Under the pieces are notes generated by a model. That model saw only the letters and a list, made by a program, of their open reading frames with translations. It searched no databases and was not told the DNA's origin. DNA of 64,000 bases from Octopus sinensis. Taxonomy: Eukaryota. Position numbers and translations under genes: made by a program. Location of the stretch: contig NC_043001.1 of the NCBI RefSeq assembly GCF_006345805.1, positions 134,292,001 to 134,356,000 of the forward strand, in the 5' to 3' direction. The stretch's first letter is position 1. The number at the start of each line of letters is the position of its first letter. This document shows positions 1 through 12,811 of this stretch, piece after piece.

Positions 1-719
1 GTTCTCTCAACTGGGTTGTATTCACTTATTCGCCAACCATTTTACAACGTATATACTAGGCACATTTTACTGTAGACCAAGAGGTCATCTTGTATCCCGT
101 AAGACAAGAGAGTCATCTACACTTCTCACATACACACACTCACATCTGAAAACACACGCGTGCACACTCATACACATACATTTGTGAACGCATGTTTTCT
201 TGTTTGTTCCAGGTTGGCTCAAAAAGTACAAAGTGAACACTTATAAATCATAAACCGAACTTGTTTGCGAATATTTTGCGAGCCATTGCACCGTCATATT
301 ACCTCTCTTGCTTTTTGAGATCTACAATTTTACCGCAGAGTGTACATATCTTCACAGATATCTACGTACACCAGTACTCAAATGCATCTATATGCACGTG
401 TATCAAAGTATACATATACATGTATCTATACATTACATGCACAACTACACAAATAGCTTAATAAGGTGTTCACACGCATTTAAAAAAAACATGCTTTTTC
501 ACATACACTCATCTACGGCACCTGATCCTCCCAAACATATCCGCGTGAACATGCATGTATTCTCTTGTATATACGCACTTTCACAAACCTTAGATAATGA
601 ACATTATCTGTAGACTTCATTAAATTAAGACGCCCAAGCTGATGCAAGTATTCTGGCCAGATCATCTGCATCAGAATAACTATTTCCATTCTTTTCGCTA
701 ATTAGTGCACTCGTTGGTG

Positions 720-1380
720 AAACTAGGATTTACAGGCCTAGATTTTACTAATGACGCAGTTATTCTTGCTGAATCTTTGGATATCTTAAGGAGCGCTTTC
801 CTTTCACTGATTGAGCTCTTAGGTCAAAACAAAGATCCAATCCTTCGTTGGCTTCTTGGAGAACTCCGCCTCATCTGTCTCTGTTGCGGGTGAGAATGCC
901 AAAGTCATTGATCGCTTCACTTATCTTGGCAATAAGATTCCTAGCGACATTAGCTGAGAGTCTGAAGTCCTAAAAATATTTGGCCGAGTTGGTGCAGTTG
1001 TGGTCTCATTGGACAAGGTGTTGACGCTGCCGATTTCTATGCAGGAGAACAAACGTTCAGGTTCTTTGGTCTCATGTCCTCCATGTTCTGCTCTATAACT
1101 GTAAGACTTGTACACTGTCCGGGGCCTTTAGGAACCACTGAACTCCTTTGGCACCAGGTCGCTTCGCATGGTTATAGGTACCATTTGTCGGATTTCGCAT
1201 CCAACCCACAGCTCTACTCAGAAACTAGGATACATTCTGTTACTTGTATGATTCTTGAGTACCAGTTCAAACTGTCTGGCCATGTCGCTCGATTTTCTGA
1301 GTTAGACCTTGTTTACTGTCTTCTCTTCACTGTGGATCCGGCTGGACTGACGGCTCATGTTGGCACATGGTTACGGTAGA
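720..1380 (+). mobile_element. Degenerate RTE-clade LINE, RT/C-terminal fragment
   Basis: Frameshifted translation gives LDFTNDAVILAES (RT YADD region), FTYLG and FKLSGHVARF, motifs typical of RTE ORF2. Boundaries approximate. Confidence 0.7.
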
Positions 1381-1664
1381 TGGTATAGCGCAATTGTTGT
1401 CATAAATTTTCGCATCGTTTAGGCTTAAATAGTCGGAAATCGACTCATCCTGTATGTTCCTAACGATTGGTCACATAAACCGGTCATATGATGGTGTAAT
1501 ACTTGACCGAATCTGTTTCTTGAATTGGTCTAGCTTTACGCGGGATACAGTTTTGTATCCAATTGCGTTGTGTGATGGACTAACCAGTGCTGCAAAATCA
1601 AATGCCGTGTTTTGACTGAATTGAGAAGCACACTTTGTAAAGTGTCGCAGTTCATTGAAAACTC

Positions 1665-2078
1665 GGATCTTTTCGGTTTGAACGGCAGTTTTTAACATAA
1701 TTTCTAGATAACTAAAAAATTTTTAACTTTGTATACTGGTAGAATGTGTTTATAAAACATCTTTTTCTCTTGGCTTTATTGAGAAAATTCTATAGTTTGT
1801 AAGATATTTGTTTTTTTTCTTCAATTTCTGCAATTTCAACCAATCAAAGACGTCTATTGAGGTAAACAACATTCTGTGCCGTATGAATATGTCCCTCGTT
1901 TAAGAAACAGATTGGGTTTATTTACATTTGTGAAGAAAAAAAGATACCCTTCCCCCCACCCCTAACCCTACCCCTAAAACAGATTGAAATGCAATAGATC
2001 GATACTAGGGTCATAATTATGGATGACAATTTCATATGACACTGTTAGAAAAAACTGCCGTTCAAACCGAAAAGATCC
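1665..2078. mobile_element. Non-autonomous DNA transposon (MITE) with ~29 bp perfect TIRs
   Basis: GGATCTTTTCGGTTTGAACGGCAGTTTTT at 1665 and its reverse complement ending at 2078; internal CCCTAACCCTACCCCTAA; no clear TSD. Confidence 0.85.
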
Positions 2079-2886
2079 CTTCTTTTCACTGTTTTATACA
2101 CAACTCATGGAATCAAGAACTTGTAATAATACAAGGGCTAGAGACACACTTCATATCAGCTAAAATGGGGAGTGACTGGGACTTCGATTGATGGGTCTCT
2201 CAGGAGGACCCGCGAATATAATGACAGATGGTGAATACAGCAACACACTACAACAGCACGTTTCCACATGTGACCTGACCCGACCTTCTTTCCACCAGTT
2301 TCAGAGGCTCCGAAAACGCCTGTTACTTATACATGACTTCTTAGGGAGAAACTATCTATAAGAATTCGCTGAAAACTTACTAAATGAAGAAAGTGATTTT
2401 CTTTACAATACTTACGCTCTTGCAATATTGTGATCTAGTTTTAATTTGTTTTCGAACTTGATAATACACACTCAGAAACAGGCCAAAGTAACCTAAAGTT
2501 TATACGTCTAATTTTGAGCAAAATTTATACCATACAACTAACCACCAGATGCAACACCATACAACTTATGCTGCCCTTAATATTTGTTGATATTTCACTG
2601 ATTAAGCATCTTTCAGCCTTGTATTTTATATTATGGCTTCTAAAACGAAGCACATGACCCTATATGTGAATCAAAAATTTGACCTTATAAGGTAGCTAAA
2701 TGTTGTTGGTTCAATGACGAAAGTTTATGAAGAGAACGATGTTAAAAAGCAAATAGTTTCAGGCATAAGCAAAGATAAGTATAAATTCATCACTGTATTT
2801 CCTTTGAAATATAATGCTGATACAAACTCTAATCATCAGCTATTGGTGGAATAATGCATGTGATAGTTGCAGAATATACTAATGTT

Positions 2887-3532
2887 CATCATCATTGTTC
2901 GACCGTGGTCGAGACAATGGAATTTACCATGCTACGCCAGACTTCACGGTCCATCATGGCATTACGGAGGTCCTGTTGCTGGATGCCTGTATCCCTGGAG
3001 ATTACATCAGGGTAGGAGAGTGTGCGCCCTCTGGTATTGCGAGTAGATGGCTTCCAGAGGAGAAGAGTAGAAATTACTTCTTTTTCAGCTCTACAACAAT
3101 GTCCAGCAAACTGGACTCTCCTACCTTTCACAAGAGATGACACAGGTGGTAGTTTCCCATATATTTGCATTTTGGTTGGATGGCGCTTCCACGAGAGATT
3201 TTGAGCTCTCATAAGGAGGCGAGTGTAGGTTCCATCCAACCGCCTCTCAAGCTTCTTTGATAACGTCCAGGTTTTTGAGCCATATAGTAGAATTGGTTCG
3301 ACTGTGGCTTTGACGATTTCAACTTTGAAGTCTCTACTTAGATTTGATGACCAGATCTTATGCATGTCATTACAGGCTGACCAGGCCATACCCTTTCTAG
3401 TTAGAAAGTCTTTTCCAGATGATGATATGTATGACCCAAGATATTTATAATCAGAAACCATATTTAAGGGCGCATTGTTGAGAGTATGGATGATGCAATC
3501 ACTGTTGGACAGGCACTTGTTTATGTATTCAG
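2887..3532 (-). mobile_element. 5'-truncated RTE-clade LINE, young, with uninterrupted ORF2 C-terminus
   Basis: ORF 2892-3461 (YKYLGS, PILLYGSKTW, FAGHC, DREVW); (TGA)n tail; 12 bp TSD TATACTAATGTT at 2875-2886 and 3533-3544. Confidence 0.92.
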
Positions 3533-3569
3533 TATACTAATGTTAATATAACGCCATAATGAAGTGGTA

Positions 3570-3850
3570 ACAATGTCCATGGTGTAGAAATTCAAAGAAC
3601 TACTGGCAAAATAATTTGGCACATGGGTGACAAAAATTTCGAAGTTAATGAGTGGTAGCTAGAGCGATTTAGAAATGCTATGAAAAGGAGTAACAAAATT
3701 ACCCAAGGTGAAGCAGACAACCTACCAACAGAGGAAGTGAAACCATCCAAAAAGAAATTAAATTACTTTAATTCCCCAAGCGTATAATGGGGGTGAACCT
3801 GAGAATATTTTAAAGATATTTTTAAGAATGAATCCTGATTGAAACAAAGG
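3570..3850 (+). mobile_element. Decayed pogo/Tigger transposase fragment (CENP-B-type HTH region)
   Basis: Translation GVEIQRTTGKIIWHMGDKNFEVNEW*LERF...QGEAD resembles the F.AS.GWL.RF...GE motif. Confidence 0.4.
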
Positions 3851-4105
3851 AAAAAATTTTGGTATTACACGAATGATGACTTTGTTTACCTTTTAAAGTT
3901 AATGATGTTAGGGGGTCAACACATGTGTTAGATTTGAAAGACATGATGAGCCAAAAAAAAATAAATAAATAAATCGTAGCACATTCATATCTTTAATGAC
4001 TAGTTTTTCTTCCATTTCAAGCTGACGAAGTGAAGACGTCACAATTTTTGACGAAGCACATGCTCACCCAGGTCTACCACCCAATGTTAGCACCCAGTTC
4101 TAGCT

Positions 4106-4244
4106 CATTGGTTCCCAACCTTTTCACTGAGTTTTCACGCAGACCCCTTTTAATATGCTTATCCTTGTGTGTGTGTGTGAAATTTTGAATTTAGCTCACA
4201 GACCCCCAGTACTACCTATGCAGACCACAGGCTGGGAACCACTG
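4106..4244. mobile_element. hAT (Charlie-type) MITE
   Basis: TIRs CATTGGTTCCCAACC / GGCTGGGAACCACTG; imperfect 8 bp TSD TTCTAGCT / TCCTAGCC, fitting the NTCTAGAN preference. Confidence 0.75.
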
Positions 4245-4853
4245 TCCTAGCCAATGCATCAAGATATAAATGTAAGCAATGAAGATATTTGGATTTCGAA
4301 GAGGATGACCTTAAGACTTTCAACTACAAAGAATTTTCACCACAACTTTCAGTCAATTTAATAGCTTCGTGGAGTGTACTGAAGACTTTCATTGTAGCCA
4401 ATGCTTGAAAAGATACACTTGAATAAGGTGGAGGTAGAATGTGGTTTTCAAGGATTTGAAGCAAACGATTTTTTATTGTATAGTTCAAGGGCAGGCAAAA
4501 TGAATGTCACAGAACCTGGTATGAAAACATAGCAGGTAGCACTAGATACCAAGTATTAACGAACGTCAGACCACTACCCAAGAAATCCAATCCTTCTAAT
4601 ATTTTGAAATTCCTGCCAAACAACAATTCGTACATTGAGTTATTAACAAATGCTTTTGTTCAACAATATTAACCAACATCACAGAGCCTTAAGAGGATTT
4701 ATTATTTAGAATTGGTATTAGCAAGTAAGCAACTGAAATTCGACTCATTCTTCAAGGCAATTCATCTCAAACCTGCTGCAGTTTGTTGGTGATATTGACT
4801 TAGTGACCCTTTAGTCACTTCAAATTTCTATGAGTGGAAGGCAAAGATGTGTA

Positions 4854-6460
4854 GCATAGTTTCTCAAATTCATACTCAAATTCACTCATAAGGCTTGAGT
4901 TGACCAAGTCTATGGAAAAGGAACTTTCCCAAGGTGCTATACAGTGGGATCAAACCCTGGACCACAAGGTTGTGACAGGTACTTCTTAACCACTGAGCTA
5001 TGCCTGCATCCATGGCATGAGTTGGATGAATTATCATGGTCCAAGTTACTGTATTCCTAAACATGTCATATTTTTAAAGTCTTTTTGACAACTTCCCTAT
5101 AGCTTGATGCATAACCTAACACCAACCACTTTACAGTGCCAACATTAGAGTAGTTGTCAAGTCTTTAACAGAACAGGAGTAAAATGTCCTTTTTGACCTT
5201 ACATTTGCACATCACTTTATAGAAAGTTACTCTGCTATAGCCTGAAAGACTCTAATAAAGGAAAGTGTTGTGGATTGAGCTCTGATGGACCCCTGTCTAT
5301 ACATCTCAGCTAATTCATAATATCAAGTTATTACCTCTAGTTCTACATCCTCCGCATTAAGCTCATCTCATCTACAACACATAACAATTTACTGCATTAT
5401 TTTTTACTTTTCTTTTTACACATTGTAATATTAAATAATGTACAGTATAGTTTTGCATTTCACATTACTAAATGATGATTGCAATATTTTCTGTAATTTT
5501 ACTCCTGTCTATCATACATTGCATATATTTCCAATATCATGTAGTTACACAATATTAAGCCTTACCATCGATTAACTCAGATAATAAACTATACTGGTCA
5601 CATTTCCTCCCATATTAATACAACTTAATGAGGGCTCACTGCATATACAAAAGGACTTTGACAGGATCCCAGTCTCTTTAATTTGGGGTTCTTTAACCCT
5701 TTAGTATTTAAACCGGCCATATCCAGCCAAAATATTTAATCTGTTTTATGTTCAAACTGACCAGATCCAGGCCCTCACACCTACCCTACAATGTTATTCT
5801 ACATTAAGTAATTACACCATCAAGATCTTGAAGATATGAGATAATGCATGATTAATTCAAATCAATGGGAATCAATAAGCATTGTGTTTGATAGAATAAT
5901 CTGAACACTAAAGGGTTAAGGAAATTAGGCTTTGGTAAATAGCTTGTGAGGAACATAAAGCCATCAACAGAGATGCTGTCTACAAGATGAGAGTCAGTAA
6001 TGAATTCAACATATAGACAGGGGTCCATCAGAGCTCAGTTCACAAAACTTTCCTTTATTAGAGTCTTTCAGGCTATAGCAGAGTAATTTTCTATAAAGTG
6101 ATGTTTAAATGTAAGGTCAAAAAGGACATTTTACTCCAGTCCTGTTAAAGACTTGACAACTACTCTAATGTTGGCACTGTAAAATGGTTGGTGTTAGGTT
6201 AGGTATCAAGCTATAGGGAAGCTGTCAAAAAGACATTAGAATATGTAATATGTTTAGGAATACAGTAACTTGGACCATGATAATTCATCCAACTCATGTC
6301 ATGGATGCAGGCATAGCTCAGTGGTTAAGAAGTACCTGTCACAACCTTGTGGTTCAGGGTTTGATCCTACTGTATAGCACCTTGGGAAAGTTCCTTTTCC
6401 ATAGACTTGGTCAACTCAAGCCTTATGAGTGAATTTGAGTATGAATTTGAGAAACTATGC
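4854..6460. repeat. Inverted duplication; arms 4854-5301 and 6012-6460, ~710 bp spacer
   Basis: Arms align as reverse complements over ~450 bp with scattered mismatches; the mirrored 60 aa ORFs 4882-5064(-) and 6250-6432(+) differ at 2 residues. Confidence 0.97.
5697..5915. mobile_element. piggyBac-type TTAA MITE (~220 bp family)
   Basis: TTAA|CCCTTTAG...CTAAAGGG|TTAA; differs from the 41316-41534 copy at only ~6 positions. Confidence 0.9.
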
Positions 6461-6626
6461 AGAAGCCCACTGGATGGACTGAGCATGTAATTTAAAGTTC
6501 AACCTTCAGACACTGTACCATACCGATTCTACTAAAGAATTACAATAAAGATACACAATAAAGATGGAGCACTCATCCATTTTGCATGTTAATTCAATGA
6601 GTAGGTAATGCAATATATATATATAT

Positions 6627-6928
6627 ATCACCATGACCACCATGACCGACCAGGCTATCAGATGTTGCTACACATCGCTGGTCACAATGCGAAGCGCATT
6701 GTTTTAGCCTCCAAATGACGCCATCCCGCTGGCTAAATGAGCAGGCCAACAGAAGAAAGAGTGAGAGAAAGTTGTAGTGAAAGAGTACAGCGGGGATCGC
6801 CACGCCGCCCCCCTGCCGAAGCCTCGTGGAGCTTTAGGTGTTTTTGCTCAATAAACACTCACAATGCCCAGTCCGGGAATCGAAACAGCAATCCTACAAC
6901 TGCGAGTCCACTGGGCCATTGCGCCTCC
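6627..6928 (-). mobile_element. tRNA-derived SINE, head A with tail 2 (OR-type octopus SINE)
   Basis: Head GGAGGCGCAATGGCCCAGTGG with A/B-box-like motifs; same tail as the 18986-19292 copy. Confidence 0.85.
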
Positions 6929-6946
6929 ACACACATATATATATAT

Positions 6947-7192
6947 ATCATCATCATCATCGTTTAACGTCCATTTTCCATGCTAGCATGGGTTGGATGG
7001 TTCAACCAGGGATCTGGGAAAGCCAGGAGGCTGCACCAGGCTCCTGTCTGATCTGGCAGTGTTTCTACAGCTGGATTCCCTTCCTAATGCCAACCACTCC
7101 ATGAGTGTAGTGGGTGCCTTTTCCGTGCCACTGGCACAGGGGCCAGGGGAGGCTGGCAACGGACACAATTGGTTGGTGCTTTTTACGTGCCA
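6947..7192 (-). mobile_element. RTE-LINE 3' UTR repeat with (GAT)n tail (family D)
   Basis: GGTTGGCRTTAGGAAGGGCATCCAGC core, CCCATGCTAGCATGG and (GAT)n; shown to be a LINE 3' UTR by the 29326-30027 copy. Confidence 0.85.
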
Positions 7193-7326
7193 TACACACA
7201 CACACACGCACACATGTAAACATACACACAATTGTATGTTATGAACAGATGGTAGTTATGGTAAGACAGTATCAGAGATTTTGGCAGTGATGTTGGTGTT
7301 GAAATTGTTGAATAACAAAAGATACT

Positions 7327-7446
<120 letters not shown>

Positions 7447-7909
7447 AGTAAATTTAGGAATCAATTTCTTAAAGCAGATTATCTACAGCCAGATGCCCTT
7501 CCTGTCAGCAACAGCCATCACTTATTTCCAAGCAGGGTAATATTTCCCCATGGTCTTTTATGTTTATCACAGAAGACTATATATGTATGTATGTATGCAT
7601 GTATGTATACACATACATATATATCCGGTATATACATATCCAGACAGTATTAAATTGAAATAGCCTTCTATGTATCATGCTTAATGTATCATAGTCTATT
7701 GATCAGCCAGTTACTGCAGTGTTCTTCTTGAGATAACATGTCTTATGAACTTGCTGTGCTAAAAACACAATAAATATCAGAGGGAGATGAAAAATCACCC
7801 CAGCAGCAGCCAGCAAGTTGCCTAATGAATTCAGCCTTTATGTATCTGGAATAACAATGTGTTGGCTCATGATTGCCTTGTGATGAAATTATCTGGTGCT
7901 GAAATTTAG

Positions 7910-8130
7910 CCCTTTAGCATTCAGATTACTCTGGCAAATGTAATGCTTATTTATTCACATTGTTTTGAATTTAGTCATGCATTATCTCATAGCTTTGAAA
8001 TTTTGATGATATGACTGTATATTTTTTGAATGACATTGTAGGGTAGGTATGAGAGGTCAGATCTGGCTGGTTTGAACATAAAACAGATAGGATATTTGGG
8101 TTGGATATAGATAGTTTAAATGCTAAAGGG
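7910..8130. mobile_element. piggyBac-type TTAA MITE
   Basis: CCCTTTAGCATT...TGCTAAAGGG|TTAA; left TSD mutated to TTAG. Confidence 0.85.
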
Positions 8131-8335
8131 TTAAGGTAAAATATCTGCCAGGATGTAAAGTACCTGCAACTGCAATGAATTCACCATGACAAATTTACCA
8201 AATGTCCAACTGGATCAGGGTTCCCTTGTATCTAAAAAATAACAAAGACTAGATATATACTTCAATGTACACTTTTAATTTTAGTAAATATCTAATATAT
8301 TTGTGCATCTTTTAATTTGCTGTATGGATGCATAA

Positions 8336-9711
8336 CAATGGTCAACAAAATAAAAACTTATTTTCTGGCATAAAATCTTAGACTAATTTTTGGGTGCTGA
8401 TTCCAAAACTGACTTTAGATTTACTCTATCACATTAGATTTTTGTACCATTGGTATATACCTTTATCTACCTGGAGCATACCAAAAGTTAACTTTGTACC
8501 ACTATTTGTGGGAATTTTGGCTGGATTGCCATGCTAATTTTGAATATGTTTAAGTTGAATTTTGCTTTAAAACCCTTCCCCTTCTTTTCAAGTATGAACT
8601 GAACCACGGTAATCTAGTTATGGATACAACATCAAAAAGAAGGATGTGCTATAATGACCCCAATATCTTCTGTTACATCTGTGGAAACTTCACTCCACAG
8701 GCTCAAAGGCACAACATTAATAACTTTGTCAAGAAAGTGTATCTTGCTTACTTTAAAGTAGTACTTGGAGAACAGGATAAAACCTGTGTTGAAACTTGGT
8801 GTGATGAAGAAATTCATCACAGCTCTTGATCACAGTGGAGACTGCTTCAGATATATATGTACAACTTTTCCAAGTCTCAGTGATAAGAAGAAGACAAGAA
8901 TATTTGATGAAGCTCAAATAAGAACGCTCCCCAGGGATCCACATTTTGTTACAGTAATGAGTGCAGTGGGAGCTAGAGCTTGGAATATTTTCTCTGATGC
9001 TGTGTGGAATTTCCTTGGGAACAGAAAAGCTGACAACTATCAAGGGATTATGGAGAAGCTGCTCTTGGGTTTGCAAGCACTTGAATGTAGAATGAGCATT
9101 AAATTGCACTACTTATACAGTCACTTGGGTGAGTTTTAAGGGAACCTAGGTGATGTTAACAAAGAACAGGGTGAATACTTTCATCAAGAATGCTACCAAG
9201 GCTGAAGGGACTCAAACATGATGGCAGATTACTGCTAGAGCTTGTTGAGAGACATTCCAAAAACTATTCACAAGAGATCATCAAAAAAGAGGAAGTTCTT
9301 GCAATAATAGGAAGATCAGAACAAATTACCACAATGAATAGAGATTTTGCATTCATATTTTGTTATAACCAAGCTTAATTCTTACATGTTGATGTACATT
9401 TACTCCCACAATTTTGTGTTTTGATTTATTAGATTAAAACACAAAACATATACTTATGTAACAAAGTTACAGGTAAATATTGTGGACACCCCACTTGAAC
9501 CTGAATAAATCCAAATTAATCTGAACAGATAAGCATTACATTTGACAAGTTAATTTGAACACTAAAGGGTTAATTCTTCTTTTATGAGCACTAAATAGCT
9601 GTTTCTAACAATGTGATAGACAAAATCTGTTGCCAGATTTGGATTCAGCACCTAAAAATTAGATAAAAACCATTGATAAACCTTGTGCCAAAAAATATGT
9701 GTTGACCAGTG
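8336..9711 (+). mobile_element. Internally deleted Chapaev3 (CMC) DNA transposon
   Basis: Termini CAATGGTCAAC / GTTGACCAGTG with 3 bp TAA TSD; N-terminal CYNDPNIFCYICG and C-terminal LGVMKKF...AW...NFLGN.KA.NY...MSIKLHYLYSHL..F..NLG.V..EQGE.FHQ...MMADYC motifs, with stops and frameshifts. Confidence 0.85.
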
Positions 9712-10474
9712 TAAGTAATGCATTTCTGATGGTAAAACTTGATGCACTCCCCACAAACATGTTGCTTTCACTTCAATGATTAGTAAATGAATTTTGCTGA
9801 ATTTTGTAATAGATGAAATCAGTATTTTATCAAGAATCCATGCGTGTTTTCCAACATTGCTGAGGTTATTGATTGTAAAATGGATCCATAATCACCAAAC
9901 ATTGGTAAATTAATTAAAAAAATGTTAAATAATGAAATTGAAGTACATTTTTTTCATACCAGCTAAAAAAAAATTGATTATGGCTAATGAATACAAATGT
10001 TCATTTTATCAAAGATATGGAATCTAGAGAAGAGAATAACATTTTTAAATCCTTTCTTTAATACAAGATGGATTTATAACTTTATAGGAGTCCTGCAATA
10101 GGTTCCAATTAAACTTATTAATTCAACTAATTATACAGTAATTTGGTTTAATTTAAAGAAGAATCCATTTTAAGCTAAAAAAAATGAATAAAAGTTCTTT
10201 CAATTAATAATTAGTAATTAGCTGAAGTCACAAATATCACAGTTCTGATTGGATCTATAAATGATTCATTTGTGTTATAAAATGCTGAGCATTGTTGCAT
10301 TGCAGTAGAGATTAAAAAATTTTAAGCTTAAGATAATGATAAATGGTCCTTATAGATAGTGACATTATGGGGCCTTATTTCATTAATTTGGATCCACAAC
10401 TGGAAGAGAATGTCTCTGTGATAGCATGAGCCATTTCTGTCAACTTGGCTTAGTAGACCATTTTTATAATTTTG

Positions 10475-10590
10475 TACGGCCATATCATGTTGAAAGCACC
10501 GGTTCTCGTCTGATCACCAAAGTTAAGCAACGTCGAGCCTAGTCAGTACTTAGATGGGTGACTGCTTGGGAAACCTAGGTGCAGTAAGCA
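10475..10590 (+). pseudogene. 5S rRNA pseudogene
   Basis: TACGGCCATATC...GTTAAGCAACG...AGTACTTAGATGGGTGAC...GGTGCAGTAAGC matches 5S positions ~4-119; first bases missing, several CpG-type transitions, single copy, no immediate oligo-T terminator. Confidence 0.88.
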
Positions 10591-10620
10591 TAGCACATTG
10601 TTTTTGGCAAGTGAAAAACA

Positions 10621-11377
10621 AAATCGAAATCAATCAACATCAATGGAAATTGTAGCTGTGATACCAGTGCCAGTGGCACGTAAGAGAACCATCCGAACGT
10701 GGCCGTTGCCAGCACCACCCCGACTGGCCTCTGTGCCGGTGGCACGTAAAAAGCACCATCTGATTGTAGCCGTTGCCAGCCTTGTCTGGCCACTGTGCCG
10801 GTGGCACGTAAAAAGCACCATCCGATCATGGCCGTTTGCCAGCCTCGTCTGGCACCTGTGCAGGTGGCACATAAAAAGCACCCACTACACTCACAGAGTG
10901 GTTGGCGTTAGGAAGGGCATCCAGCTGTAGAAACACTGCCGGATCAGACTGGGCCTGGCGCAGCCTTCTGGCTTCCCAGACCCCAGTTGAACCGTCAGTA
11001 GAGTCAAAATGGCACCTTTTACTTGCTATTGAGATATTCAAAATGTTTAACTCTTACATGTATTCACCTGATGAAAACATTTTTTTTTGCATGATTACAA
11101 GTAATATATGTGTGTGTGTGTGTGTGTGTATGGCACGTAAAAAGCACCAACCAATCGTGTCCGTTGCCAGCCTCCCCTGGCCCCTGTGCCAGTGGCACGG
11201 AAAACACATCCACTACACTCACAGAGTGGTTGACGTTAGGAAGGGCATCCAGCTGTAGAAACACTGCTGGATCAGACTGAGCCTGGCACAGCCTTCTGGC
11301 TTTCCAGACCCCAGTTGAACCGTCCAACCCATGCTAGCATGGAAAACGGACGTTTGATGATGATGATGATGATGATG
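10621..11377 (+). mobile_element. Two family D (RTE 3' UTR) copies: 10621-10996 (3' truncated) and 11131-11377
   Basis: ~60 bp internal tandem units containing GGTGGCACGTAAAAAGCACC, then the family D core. Confidence 0.85.
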
Positions 11378-11649
11378 AACAAAGGCAAAATAGTAGATTA
11401 ACACTAACAAGACCACAAAAGTAATTCAGCTTTATTCATTCCCTGCACTGCTTCATAGCGTCATCTTCTCTATGAATGAACGATAGAGAACTACTTTATA
11501 TCTAGTTCATCTTTGTTATGTTCTGTAGTTGAACTCAGAAATATGCTAAAACTTTTTGTGATTTTATATGAGCAGATATAGCTAGTCAATAATTCTGCCA
11601 TTGCCATGGAAATTAGCAAAAATATTCAAATTTACCAAATAAATTATAC

Positions 11650-11708
11650 ATGTATGTATGTATGTATGTATGTATGTATGTATGTATGTATGTATGTATG
11701 TATGTATG

Positions 11709-11739
<31 letters not shown>

Positions 11740-11910
11740 GTATGTATGTATGTGTGTGTGTATGTATGTATGTATGTATGTATGTATGTATGTGTGTGTG
11801 TGTATGTATGTATGTATGTATGTATGTATGTATGTATGTATGTATGTATGTATGTATGTATGTATGTGTGTGTGTGTGTGCGTATGTATGTATATATGTA
11901 TGTATGTATG

Positions 11911-11943
<33 letters not shown>

Positions 11944-11964
11944 GTTGTGTGTGTGTGTGTGTGT

Positions 11965-11997
<33 letters not shown>

Positions 11998-12154
11998 ATG
12001 TAAGTATGTATGTATGTATGTGTGTGTGTATGTATGTATGTATGTATGTATGTATGTGTGTGTGTGTATGTATGTATGTATGTATGTATGTATGTATGTA
12101 TGTATGTATGTGTGTGTGTGTGTGCGTATGTATGTATATATGTATGTATGTATG

Positions 12155-12222
<68 letters not shown>
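11650..12222. repeat. Compound (TATG)n/(TG)n microsatellite
   Basis: Directly visible; produces the MYVC/HTYI ORFs. Confidence 0.97.
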
Positions 12223-12223
<1 letters not shown>

Positions 12224-12239
12224 CTGAATGTATGTTCTG

Positions 12240-12650
12240 TTTCTCTTTTTAATTTAGAATAATTTTTGACCAGCCATCTACTTGGAAGCAAGGTTGTGAA
12301 GAAAAGTATCTTGTTTTGTTCATCATCCATTAAATTTTAAGAAGGTCTAGCAGATTTTTATAGTCCCAGATACTGCGATCATCTGTAACGTATGAATTAA
12401 GGATTTGCATTTTCTCCCCAAGATCCCAAGTGCAGCCATACTTTGCTTCAGACGGATTGGTGTGTAACCTGTTGCCCCAATAATAATAGGTCTGAAGCTG
12501 AAAGTGTATCTTAGTTCCTGGATTTGCAAGCTCCTTATTAATGTCCACTTTCTCATGTATTTTTCTAACCACATTGGTCCTAGAGAGCAGCTGATTTCCA
12601 CAACAGAACATATTTTTTCCTTGTAGTCCCATGCAACAATATCTAGTCAG
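12240..12650 (-). mobile_element. 3' end of an RLE-type (R4/Dong-like) non-LTR retrotransposon
   Basis: EISC...LQIQELRYTFSFRPIIIGATG.TP...LQMIAVSGTIKIC*TFLKF*, then a short UTR running into the (ACAT)n array. Confidence 0.6.
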
Positions 12651-12811
12651 TTGTGTTGTATGTATGTGTATATGTTTGTATGTACATATTAGCTCTTATT
12701 TCTAGTAATATAGGTGCTACCCTGCACTGTCAGTCACAATTAGAGACAATTGAATTTTTTCTTTTTGGTTTTATATTGTGTGTAGCCACTTCGTTATTGT
12801 ATGTATGTATG

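Noticed and set aside
10475-10590. Functional 5S rRNA gene
   Set aside because: 5' bases missing, CpG decay, isolated copy.
10660-10885. Regularly spaced GGTGGCACGTAAAAAGCACC repeats resembling a CRISPR array (also 42090-42250, 58290-58440)
   Set aside because: The spacers are homologous to each other, the units belong to an RTE LINE 3' UTR, the DNA is eukaryotic and no cas genes are present.
12258-12292. AG/GT-bounded 35 bp micro-exon on plus
   Set aside because: Lies in the apparent 3' UTR of a minus-strand LINE and has a weak donor.
11606-12330. Long MYVC/HTYI ORFs
   Set aside because: Translations of a stop-free (TATG)n microsatellite.
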